64,000 nucleotides of DNA from Octopus bimaculoides (taxonomy: Eukaryota): NCBI RefSeq assembly GCF_001194135.2, contig NC_068982.1, positions 98,951,021-99,015,020 of the forward strand, in the 5' to 3' direction. The translations under genes were made by a program, and so were the position numbers. The notes under the pieces were generated by a model. It was not told the DNA's origin. It did not search any database and was given only the letters and a program-made list of their open reading frames with translations. This document shows, piece after piece, positions 57,272-64,000 of this stretch. Numbering within the stretch: the first letter of the stretch is position 1; every line of letters starts with the position of its first letter.

Positions 57272-60200
57272 AATATATTAATGCGAGTTCAGAGGGATAT
57301 ATTATCCCGGCGAATACCATGGTAGCTCTCAGTTATGTTCCAGGTTATGGCTAGCCACAAAGGAAATAAATTTTGAGAATGTACCAGTCTCTGTATTCTC
57401 TATCATTATAATTGTTGCATATATTCAAATATATATACAAGTGTACACACACACACACGCGCGCGTGCGTGCATGAAATCCTGAATTTTCAACTTTTTTT
57501 ATACCTTGCAAAAGTAATTATTTGTTTTTGCTTTTCAAGGTATTTCCTTCTGATTTTCAGTGTTTTCTTTTTCTGTTTTTTAAAATTTGTTTCTTCCTCC
57601 AAAATAAGGGTATTGCTAAACTTTTGTGCATTGTAAATATAAAAGAAAGGTCCTTGAAATAAAATCAAAAGAAATAAAAGTAAATAAAATTAATATTTGT
57701 AAATGAAGGAAACCAATTAATACATACTCGTTTTGTGAGAGGGACCTCTACTGGCACTGGTACAACACCAGCAAGAATGCATCCATAAAAAGCACAGCTG
57801 AATGAGATGGGATCATTGTTGGGATACACAAGTGCAACCTAAAAGAATTTAGAAAACATGAAAGATTATTAAATGTTACTACAATGTAAGAAGGAGAGAG
57901 TATCGATTGTGATTCTGATGAAATTCATTATAAGTCTTACATTAGTAGAGGTAATGAATGGGAAATTATAAAAATATTGATTTAATTTCCACTATTGGAA
58001 GATGTTTAGAGTGTATCTGATTAACATAACAGTTAACTCTTCACAAATGAAATAAATAATGTTTGAATATCAAACATTGAAAGAAATATAACAAATCCTT
58101 CTATCATTATATACTTTTTCAGATGTTTAGAAGCTGAAAAAAAAAAAAAAAAAAAAAAGAGTTCAGTGATGAATTGAGTTAGATACCAATATTATAAAGC
58201 CCCTTGGTATCAAATGCCATATTTAGTGTCATGATGACAGTATTACTAGCATCTTTATGACTATTTATCATTACAGCGCCAACAAGGAATTGCTCTGATA
58301 ACTTAGGTGACACAATTTAGAGGGGATGGTTTAGCCCTGACAGAAAATGGCAGAGATAACTTTTTGCAAATCCACATTTACATCGCAAACAATGGCCGTC
58401 TTTGATATCTTAGATGATACAGTGTAAAAGGAACACTTTAGACCTAGCAGACAGCACAAGATGTCATGTCCATTTAACATTACATCCCACACAAAGAAAT
58501 AGTCTAGTTGGGGACACTTTAGTCTTGAGAGTCAAGATCCTTAATGTTCATGGCAATGTGAAATGCACCCAGTCAAAAATGAAGGAAATGAAGAGATGTG
58601 GATGCTGCATGCAGGTAACTTGTTTTGGAGAGCGGATATTCCAAATAACTGATACAAGGTAAAAGTTCAATCAGAGACAACCTTAATTAGGCCAGTGATA
58701 TAATAAATGGCACTCAGTACACATTGCAAAGTGAGTGGTAGTAAGAGAGTATCCATCAGTAGAAACTGTACCAAAAACTGGGATGTATGAACAAGACATA
58801 CAGTCTACCTAAAAAGACTAACTCTAACTAAAAACTGAAATAGTGTAGAGACTAATTCCTCAAGTGATGGAATTCTTCATAGTTAAAAAGTGCTTGTGGA
58901 GAGGGGAAAAATGATGTTTGATGTTACCACAAAATTATTTGAAATAGCTACAAACAGTAAAACATGCTCACTCTATCACCGCTTTTGATTCCGATTTCTC
59001 CACTCTTTTGACCAACTTTGTTCAATAAATTGTAGGCTATTTTATAAGTTCTGCTTAATAGTTTTCCTGTAAAAATTGAAATAAATTATATGAAACTCAC
59101 ATAAACAGAGAAAATTATTACAAAATCTTTAAGAGATTGAAAGTACATTATCATTTAATTAACTAAAATCATTTTTCAAACTGAATCAATTTATCAGACA
59201 GAGTGACATGTAATAAGAATAAGAAAACATAAAAATACAAGGATTAAAATTTGCAATACTCGTAAATTGTTTGTGAAATTCATCAAGAAAAAATGCTCTA
59301 ATTTCAATTAATCATTCCAAGTTCCAATCAAAAATTAAAAGATGTATTTCATATAGTATAGTTGCAGTAAAGTCAAATGATTTAAACACATTATCTCATA
59401 GTACTCCTTTCATTCAACCTCCTACTGTCCCCCTATTGTACCACTCCTTTGTACATCGGTGCAGTGTGCTTTTTACTTTTGATTTAAGTCTTTTTTACTT
59501 TACTTCTTTTCATACAAAAGAACTGTATTTCCTCAAGCTATGATGAAGGCAATTTATCTTGAAGAATGGATTTCCAAAAGTGGAGCTCTCTATTAATTGC
59601 TGGCAGTATGATAAACATATCTGACTCTGTCAATTGGGGCTTGCAGCACTAAGAAAATAGTTGCTAAACAAAAGATCTGTTTACTCCAAGCCAAATAGAA
59701 ACAATTGTTAAACAAATGGCAATAAGTAGATACAGCTCTGTAGCAAGTTAGTCACAGTCAATGGTGATCATATTTTCCAGTTGAATCCTCTTTGTTTGCT
59801 AATAATCAACATCACTGCAAAGGTGCATAAATATTTACAGGAAACTTCAGATATGAGAAGAACAAAACTAAAAATAATAACGGTTCATTGTGACAGTTAT
59901 CAACAATTAACCAAACATGGTAACTTTAAATGTTAATAACAAATTGTCACAAGAATAAAGTTAGATTAGCTACAATGCAAACAATAAAGATCTTCAATAT
60001 CTAAATTCTTACCATAAGTCAAATTATATGTGGGCTTGCCATTTTGGTCAAGTACTGTAATTGCATTGGCCTTATAAGTAGATGAACCATATCTCTGAAC
60101 AGCAGCTTCTAAACTCTTTGGTAAACCCGAAGGAATCTGTAAGACATCAAAAAATATGGGACTGAATTATAGATACGTTTTAATTTAACCCTTTTGTTAC

Positions 60201-62241
60201 TAATCTGGTAACATAAAACAGAAATTTTCTTGCTTATGTAAACCAACCCAGCTAAAAATGGCTGAAAGCTAGTCATATTTAAATGAGAATTTCAGCGCAA
60301 ATTTCAGTACATTTGTGAAAATGTGATTTCACTATGTAAACAATTGACATTATTTTACATGATATCTGAGTGCTGTGAAGTTTTGGAGATTTTTTCTTCA
60401 CTTTTTTTTTCCGCTTTGATTTTCTAAACTGTTTCACTTTGGGTGAAAACTGGACACCAGTTTCATGTTGTGAAACAGCAAATTTCAATTCAAAATATTT
60501 TTGAAAGAAGACAGAAAAGTTTGAGAAAATGTGCAGCAAACATGAAAACCATGTGTAATTATGAATGTACAGTTATATTTATATACACGAAGAGGGAAAA
60601 TTCTTCATAGATCTAAAATAACTATAATAATGAAATTTCCCAATCCTGACTTCAGCTGAAATGATAATTTAATGTATAAAGTAGATCTAAATGAGTGTAA
60701 TTTGAAATATATTTTAGTCAGAAGAGAAGCAATACTCATGACCTTTGTAGGCCATCCCAGACCTGTAAGACTTGTGTAGTTAACTTTGAGACTGCTGAAA
60801 TAATAGCCTACAACCTAATTGTACTAAGAAATAACAGGACATGAGGGCTGGACTCGATCTTACATTTACACCCAAATTCTGAAATGAGATTTTTATTTTG
60901 TTTTACTTTAAGAAACCATTGCTTATGAAATACATGATAATAAAAACAATTAAATCACTTTCTTTCTGATGTAAGAAAAAAAATCTCACAAAAATTGCTT
61001 TAATAAACAGCAAATACTAAGTATATTAACTATATTATCCTAAATATAGATTCAGATCCTTACACAGGGATAATTCATTGAATAGCTTTGATAAATATGA
61101 TCAAATGGTACAAAATTGTGCACAGATTTATATATTTTCCTTTGATTCCCTTTTTCTATAGTAGCAAGTTAGGTTTGCAGTTCTCTCAGTTCATAACATT
61201 AATAATAATGTTGACATTTGATAGCTGACACAACCTACTATTAACATGCTAATTGATGGTGCTACCTTTGAAAATTGCCACCCCACCAGCCACACACATC
61301 ACACGAAGAGATAAAAATTACTGTGAATAGCTAATTCAGTATGGAAATTTAAGAAATTTCATTTCCTTATTTACATTATCTTGTTTGAAATCTGTAAGTG
61401 TTGTTGTTTATTTCTTAGTGATCTGTATATTACAATAGACACTTTCTACTAATACAGCTCATTAAAACAGCAAGCAGGCAGAATCATTAAAGTGTTGGAA
61501 GAAATGCCTTGTGGTATTTCATTTGACTCATTATGTTCTGGATTCATATCCGGGTGAGGTTAATTTTACCTTTCATCCCTCTGGGGTCAATGAAATAAAG
61601 TACCAGTCAAGTACTAAGGTTAATTGTAGTGACTGACCCCTCACCTCAAAAATTGCTGTCCTTGTACCTCAATTAGAAATCATTAATACAAGTCGTTAAT
61701 TTGTAGTTAATAAGAGGTATCAAATGTATCTCACTTTAATTTAACTGCTTTTTCTAGCTTCTGAGACATCTCAGTAGGTCATTATAACACTCTTCAAAAT
61801 TCTCTTACTTTTAAAATCATCACATGTTAAAAACCGATACATTTAATGATACACATCAAAAGAAAACAGTTTTTAAAAATTTATTGCAATCAATATATAA
61901 ATCACTAATTACTATAGCTAATCATAATAGCAGAATAGTGTAGGCACTTCAACTTGATGATTATGTAAGAGGTTACATGCAAAAGATACTGATTCATCAT
62001 CTGAAGCAAGTTTATCCATAATTACAAAACAGTAACAATTTTTATTTCAGTTTTCAGACTACAGCTATGTTGGGGCACCATTTTGAAGGTTTTTAGCTGA
62101 TTAAATAAACCACAAATGTTATATTAAATCTGATTTATTCTATCACTCTCTTTTTGTCAAACTGTTAAGTTATGAGAACATAAACAAATTGACACAGGCT
62201 GTCAACTGCCAAGTAGTGAGAGACAAAGTCACTCTCACTCA

Positions 62242-62273
<32 letters not shown>

Positions 62274-62791
62274 GCCTTATATTCATACATTGGACTTAGA
62301 CTATTTCCATCAACCAGATTCACTCACAAAATATTCGTCAACCAATGGACAGATGAAAACACATATCCAAGGTGCCACACAGAGGAACTGAATCCCAAAT
62401 CATGTTGTTGTAAAGTGAACTTCTTAAACCATACAACCATACCTGCATCCAGTTGCTATTCTAACTGCAAAACTAGGCATCCAAATCAAATCAAATCAAA
62501 TAAATAAAATGAAAATTAGAAAATAGTTAATACAAACACAGAGTTGTTCTCCTGCGACTGGAGTCAGTTCAGCTCCTTCAGGTTTGGGTGCATTTGGATC
62601 TATGGGAGGTGCTGAAAGACAAATATACATTATATTATGATATGCTTTAGCTTTGTCTGTTAATTGCCAAGGCACTCATGTGCACATATAAAGATATAGA
62701 CATATGTATGTACAGGAAATAAAATCAGTTTTTATTTACAATATGAAAGGGATCCTAGCACTTAGTTACTTTTGACTATTAATAACTTCTA

Positions 62792-62841
<50 letters not shown>

Positions 62842-64000
62842 TGAGTTAGAACCAGTGGAGAGCTACAGATACCTAGGGGTATTGTAAGGGGAGGGAATCA
62901 AACATTCAGTGATGAGGGAAAGGATCAGAAGAGAGTGTTATCGCAGGGTAAGAGCAATAATCAAAACAGAGCTGATTGCAAGAAACAGGATCGAAGTGAC
63001 CAATACTTTAGCCATACCAGTTGTGACTAACACAACATAGTTTCTCTCTCGCTTTTTTATTTTGAGAGAGAGTGTGAGAGACAGAGTGTGAGAGACAGAG
63101 TGTGTGTGTGTGCGCATACATCTTCAGATGTTCTCACAAGTCACATTGTTTATTTTTATCTTCATTTATATATATTTATATATATATATTTGGAGAGAAG
63201 ATTTTTTCTCAAGGAGTTAAGATTAAGAAAAAAAACCTTTTAGAAAGTCGAAAGACACTATCAAACCTTGAACCATTCTTTTACTTTTGCTAAATATTAA
63301 TAAAAACATACATGTACTCATATTTTGAGTTCTATTTTTCCTATTTGTACCAACAGGCCTATATAAATATATATAAAGTTACAGTTATATCTGTGATAAA
63401 ACAAATGATTATGACTAAAGAAACACATTTGCAGGCAGAAATTTTAAGAACAGTTTTATATGGGAAAGGTAAGGTTTCAATTAGTAATCTGATTTGGTGG
63501 AGTATAGATTGAGCTTATGAAACAGAAAATGAGAATATATTAATAAACGAATTATAGTGTTAGTTGAAAAAGATGGGTGGAATGTATTTCCAAAATATTT
63601 ATCAATAAAAGTATAACATCTGCATGTAGCATATGTAGATAAATCAAATGACATCCCTTTGTAAGCAAGAGATTGTCTTATTATACTGTGCAAGAAGGAA
63701 TGGAAATATGTTTTCCAGTTAATAAATTTAAATGAGTTGTTTTTAAAGAACCAAGTTCAAGGAAAATACTCCCAAACCATTTATAAAGTTTATGTTTAAC
63801 ATGACATAATGTTGGAGAAAAGAACAGTGTGAAAATGTTTAGTTTACAAAAAAACTAGTTAGCAAAATAAAATTATCAATAAAATAGCTCTAATGGTAAC
63901 TTTAAATTGATAATTAATGCTAATTTAACTGCTAAATAAATGAAAGAAAAATCAACTTACTTTCTAAAGCTTCATCTTCATCAATGAAGAATTCCCTCAA
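735..64000 (-). CDS. DIP2: Disco-interacting protein 2 homolog (DIP2 family; two FAAL-like adenylate-forming domains), partial at both ends; 33 exons
   Basis: Manual splicing: complement(join(735..858,10099..10273,10401..10475,11202..11321,11991..12161,12323..12399,13433..13524,14130..14260,14685..14846,15182..15321,16405..16446,16987..17110,18005..18085,21285..21397,23154..23286,23806..23904,24982..25066,25924..26051,26825..26905,27687..27823,30021..30160,30393..30507,33585..33704,34325..34418,34679..34743,36501..36603,40142..40245,40652..40775,57728..57838,58972..59066,60013..60136,62538..62611,63961..64000)). All introns are GT-AG, phases are consistent and there are no stops. Hallmark DIP2 motifs recalled from fly/human: [77 protein letters not shown]. 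Confidence 0.97.
5420..6010 (-). mobile_element. Decayed RTE-clade LINE reverse-transcriptase fragment
   Basis: Minus-strand translation with stops: ..[15 protein letters not shown].. and [60 protein letters not shown], typical of the RTE ORF2 C-terminal part; ends approximate. Confidence 0.8.
7038..7683. repeat. Compound (CA)n/(TA)n/(TACA)n microsatellite with a higher-order unit
   Basis: Direct reading; source of the spurious YIYI ORFs at 6945-7782. Confidence 0.97.
10099..10273 (-). CDS. DIP2: DIP2 exon: [30 protein letters not shown]...[18 protein letters not shown]
   Basis: gtttcag / GTAAGA; 175 nt. Confidence 0.97.
10401..10475 (-). CDS. DIP2: DIP2 exon: [25 protein letters not shown]
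   Basis: tttctag / GTAAGA; 75 nt. Confidence 0.97.
11202..11321 (-). CDS. DIP2: DIP2 exon: [40 protein letters not shown]
   Basis: tttacag / GTACCC; 120 nt. Confidence 0.96.
11991..12161 (-). CDS. DIP2: DIP2 exon: [57 protein letters not shown]
   Basis: ttttcag / GTAGGA; 171 nt. Confidence 0.97.
12323..12399 (-). CDS. DIP2: DIP2 exon: (T)[25 protein letters not shown]
   Basis: tttctag / GTAAGT; 77 nt. Confidence 0.96.
13433..13524 (-). CDS. DIP2: DIP2 exon: (S)[30 protein letters not shown]
   Basis: ttcccag / GTAAGA; 92 nt. Confidence 0.96.
13738..13996 (+). mobile_element. RTE-type LINE 3' end with (GAT)n tail
   Basis: Closely resembles the copies at 17193-17476 and 36781-37152; ends catgctagcatggaaagcggacgttaaacgatgatg. 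Confidence 0.85.
14130..14260 (-). CDS. DIP2: DIP2 exon: [43 protein letters not shown]
   Basis: attag / GTAAGT; 131 nt. Confidence 0.97.
14685..14846 (-). CDS. DIP2: DIP2 exon: [19 protein letters not shown]...[16 protein letters not shown]
   Basis: taacag / GTAAGA; 162 nt. Confidence 0.97.
15182..15321 (-). CDS. DIP2: DIP2 exon: (G)[46 protein letters not shown]
   Basis: ttccag / GTAAGT; 140 nt. Confidence 0.97.
16405..16446 (-). CDS. DIP2: DIP2 42-nt exon: (G)[13 protein letters not shown](G)
   Basis: aaatag / GTAAGT; supplies the conserved G.DL..AFYGCL..G segment absent from the neighbouring exons. Confidence 0.94.
16581..16969 (+). mobile_element. tRNA-derived SINE, apparently full length, second family (central TA/TG microsatellite)
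   Basis: tRNA-like head with B-box-like ggttcagtccc; diverged inverted copies at 42638-42992 and 62037-62447. Confidence 0.85.
16987..17110 (-). CDS. DIP2: DIP2 exon: [41 protein letters not shown]
   Basis: tttctag / GTAAGT; 124 nt. Confidence 0.96.
17193..17476 (+). mobile_element. RTE-type LINE 3' end with (GAT)n tail
   Basis: Same family as 13738 and 36781. Confidence 0.85.
18005..18085 (-). CDS. DIP2: DIP2 exon: [27 protein letters not shown]
   Basis: tttgcag / GTACAA; 81 nt; phase 0-0. Confidence 0.96.
19521..19666. other. Assembly gap inside a (TA)n array
   Basis: N run. Confidence 0.99.
19703..20275 (-). mobile_element. 5'-truncated RTE-type LINE (ORF2 C-terminus + 3' UTR)
   Basis: Minus translation [34 protein letters not shown], then the same 3' UTR as the plus-strand copies. 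Confidence 0.85.
20324..20515 (-). mobile_element. RTE-type LINE 3' end (diverged)
   Basis: catcatcat tail + ccatgctggcatgggttgga core. Confidence 0.7.
21285..21397 (-). CDS. DIP2: DIP2 exon: (D)[37 protein letters not shown] (inter-domain linker)
   Basis: cttgcag / GTAAAT; 113 nt. Confidence 0.95.
23154..23286 (-). CDS. DIP2: DIP2 exon: [44 protein letters not shown]
   Basis: ttttag / GTGAGA; 133 nt. Confidence 0.97.
23806..23904 (-). CDS. DIP2: DIP2 exon: [33 protein letters not shown]
   Basis: ttcacag / GTAAAT; 99 nt. Confidence 0.97.
24741..24936. mobile_element. Partial TTAA-type (piggyBac-like) MITE
   Basis: Begins TTAA|CCC; reverse-orientation similarity to 46145-46365. Confidence 0.6.
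24982..25066 (-). CDS. DIP2: DIP2 exon: (R)[28 protein letters not shown]
   Basis: ttctag / GTAAGC; 85 nt. Confidence 0.97.
25290..25684 (+). mobile_element. 5'-truncated RTE-type LINE (ORF2 C-terminus + 3' UTR + (GAT)n)
   Basis: ..VVKHDL*TLG..AMTSD*DLW.. remnants followed by the family 3' UTR. Confidence 0.8.
25924..26051 (-). CDS. DIP2: DIP2 exon: [42 protein letters not shown]
   Basis: poly-T tract + cag / GTAAAT; 128 nt. Confidence 0.97.
26825..26905 (-). CDS. DIP2: DIP2 exon: [27 protein letters not shown]
   Basis: ttgtag / GTAAGT; 81 nt. Confidence 0.96.
27687..27823 (-). CDS. DIP2: DIP2 exon: (A)[45 protein letters not shown]
   Basis: cctgcag / GTGAGG; 137 nt. Confidence 0.96.
28273..29479 (+). 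mobile_element. Decayed Tc1/mariner-superfamily transposon (maT/DD37D-like), transposase pseudogene
   Basis: Degenerate TIRs (aagggtgtcagttttttttgagg vs reverse complement aagggtgcatcacttttttgagg), left TA; fragments [50 protein letters not shown] with frameshifts. Confidence 0.85.
30021..30160 (-). CDS. DIP2: DIP2 exon: (R)[46 protein letters not shown]
   Basis: ttgtag / GTAAGT; 140 nt. Confidence 0.96.
30393..30507 (-). CDS. DIP2: DIP2 exon: (W)[37 protein letters not shown]
   Basis: ttccaaaag (AAG) acceptor reconstitutes the conserved GANP-W codon; GTAAGC donor; 115 nt. Confidence 0.93.
31241..31538 (-). mobile_element. tRNA-derived SINE (third family) inserted in the mariner, 14-bp TSD
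   Basis: B-box GAGTTCAAATTCC; TSD ttagacatggttct (31227-31240) / ttagacatgtttct (31539-31552); related copy at 54311-54538. Confidence 0.9.
31429..31438. other. 10-N assembly gap with duplicated flanks
   Basis: N run; about 55 nt repeated on both sides. Confidence 0.95.
33240..33420 (+). mobile_element. Diverged SINE 5' part (family of 16581)
   Basis: caggttcagttccactacatggaaccttgagcaagt resembles the head of 16581. Confidence 0.6.
33585..33704 (-). CDS. DIP2: DIP2 exon: (A)[39 protein letters not shown]
   Basis: tttcag / GTAAGC; 120 nt. Confidence 0.96.
34325..34418 (-). CDS. DIP2: DIP2 exon: [31 protein letters not shown]
   Basis: ttccag / GTATGT; 94 nt. Confidence 0.96.
34679..34743 (-). 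CDS. DIP2: DIP2 exon: (G)[21 protein letters not shown]
   Basis: aatag / GTAAGT; 65 nt. Confidence 0.95.
34885..35044 (+). mobile_element. RTE-type LINE 3' end (diverged)
   Basis: ttaggaagggcatccagc...ccagcatggaaaatgaacattaaatgatgatg. Confidence 0.75.
36501..36603 (-). CDS. DIP2: DIP2 exon: [34 protein letters not shown]
   Basis: tttcag / GTAATA; 103 nt. Confidence 0.96.
36781..37152 (+). mobile_element. RTE-type LINE 3' end with internal tandem units and (GAT)n tail
   Basis: Closely similar to 13738 and to the short inverted copy at 57163-57234. Confidence 0.88.
40142..40245 (-). CDS. DIP2: DIP2 exon: (G)[34 protein letters not shown]
   Basis: ttttctag / GTGAGT; 104 nt. Confidence 0.96.
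40652..40775 (-). CDS. DIP2: DIP2 exon: [41 protein letters not shown]
   Basis: tttcag / GTAAGA; 124 nt. Confidence 0.96.
41207..41395. mobile_element. TTAA-type (piggyBac-like) MITE, family 2
   Basis: TIRs ccccttaacattta / taaatgttaaaggg; left TTAA, right TTTG. Confidence 0.65.
42638..42992 (-). mobile_element. Diverged SINE (family of 16581)
   Basis: Reverse-complement similarity over most of its length. Confidence 0.75.
46145..46365. mobile_element. TTAA-type (piggyBac-like) MITE, about 221 bp
   Basis: TIRs cccttttgatacca / tggtaacaaaaggg; right TTAA, left TCGA. Confidence 0.75.
47232..47281. repeat. (TA)n microsatellite
   Basis: Direct reading. Confidence 0.98.
47283..47352. repeat. 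70-bp near-perfect palindrome centred on (AT)n
   Basis: 25-bp perfect outer arms (47283-47307 / 47328-47352). Confidence 0.97.
48896..49010 (+). mobile_element. tRNA(Arg)-like SINE head with (AAT)n, running into an assembly gap
   Basis: A-box TGGCGTAGTGG, B-box GAGTTCGATTC; resembles tRNA-Arg(ACG) but the acceptor stem does not pair. Confidence 0.75.
49025..49803. other. Assembly gap
   Basis: N run. Confidence 0.99.
51532..51576 (-). CDS. Candidate 45-nt alternative cassette exon of DIP2: [15 protein letters not shown]
   Basis: Long pyrimidine tract + tacag acceptor, perfect CAG|GTGAGT donor, 15 codons, no stop, phase 0-0 matching the host intron; no homology or transcript support available. 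Confidence 0.5.
51929..52700. other. Assembly gap
   Basis: N run. Confidence 0.99.
54311..54538 (-). mobile_element. tRNA-derived SINE (family of 31241)
   Basis: Close similarity to 31241-31538. Confidence 0.85.
55503..55538. repeat. 36-bp near-perfect palindrome centred on (TA)n
   Basis: ggctgtcata / tatgacagcc arms. Confidence 0.9.
55590..56360. other. Assembly gap between (TA)n and (TG)n
   Basis: N run. Confidence 0.99.
56996..57056. repeat. Inverted repeat: 24-bp perfect stem, 13-nt loop
   Basis: atatcaatttaaataagagctata / tatagctcttatttaaattgatat. Confidence 0.97.
57163..57234 (-). mobile_element. Short RTE-type LINE 3' tip
   Basis: Reverse complement matches the last ~70 nt of 36781-37152. 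Confidence 0.8.
57728..57838 (-). CDS. DIP2: DIP2 exon: [37 protein letters not shown]
   Basis: ttttag / GTATGT; 111 nt; phase 0-0. Confidence 0.97.
58972..59066 (-). CDS. DIP2: DIP2 exon: (G)[18 protein letters not shown]...KSGDR
   Basis: tttttacag / GTGAGC; 95 nt; phases fit. Confidence 0.95.
60013..60136 (-). CDS. DIP2: DIP2 exon: [19 protein letters not shown]...GKPTYNLTY
   Basis: ttacag / GTAAGA; 124 nt; resembles fly 'PSGLPRTLECALQRYG'. Confidence 0.95.
61465..61680 (+). mobile_element. Diverged SINE (family of 31241)
   Basis: ttacctttcatccctctggggtcaatgaaataaagtaccagt core. Confidence 0.6.
62037..62447 (-). mobile_element. Diverged SINE (family of 16581)
   Basis: Reverse-complement similarity; central (CT)n. 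Confidence 0.65.
62538..62611 (-). CDS. DIP2: DIP2 exon: (T)[24 protein letters not shown]
   Basis: ctttcag acceptor; weak GTTTGT donor chosen because it alone gives phase 0 into the next exon. Confidence 0.85.
62792..62838. repeat. (AAT)n microsatellite
   Basis: Direct reading. Confidence 0.98.
62843..63030 (+). mobile_element. Dong/R4-like non-LTR retrotransposon RT fragment
   Basis: [61 protein letters not shown], like the R4/Dong YKYLG..GI.H..MKEKI.KEY.RR.R.IL motif (recalled). Confidence 0.7.
63961..64000 (-). CDS. DIP2: DIP2 exon (5'-truncated by window): [13 protein letters not shown]
   Basis: Followed by GTAAGT donor; phase 1; resembles DIP2 'LREFFVDD.EE' segment. Confidence 0.9.

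Overview
AT-rich, microsatellite-laden eukaryotic genomic DNA from a draft assembly with 5 N-gaps. The SINE/LINE families look like those of an octopus (inferred from recalled repeat families, not a database search). Nearly the whole window is one minus-strand intron-rich gene, DIP2 (disco-interacting protein 2, tandem fatty-acyl-AMP-ligase-like domains). I spliced 33 GT-AG exons by hand (3599 nt, about 1199 codons) into one continuous frame from '[13 protein letters not shown]' (63961-64000, cut by the window edge) to 'RCHRKICE' (735-858). The N-terminus and the last coding exon lie outside the window. Most ORF-track entries are microsatellite, gap or repeat artefacts, though a few overlap real DIP2 exons. 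Introns carry tRNA-derived SINEs, many RTE-type LINE 3' ends, a decayed mariner with a nested SINE, a decayed maT-like Tc1/mariner element, TTAA-type MITEs and a Dong/R4-like fragment. The best leads are a candidate in-frame 45-nt cassette microexon in the 17-kb intron, three (TA)n-associated fold-back hairpins in that intron, and inverted LINE tails bracketing a block of exons. I found no convincing wholly new multi-gene system.
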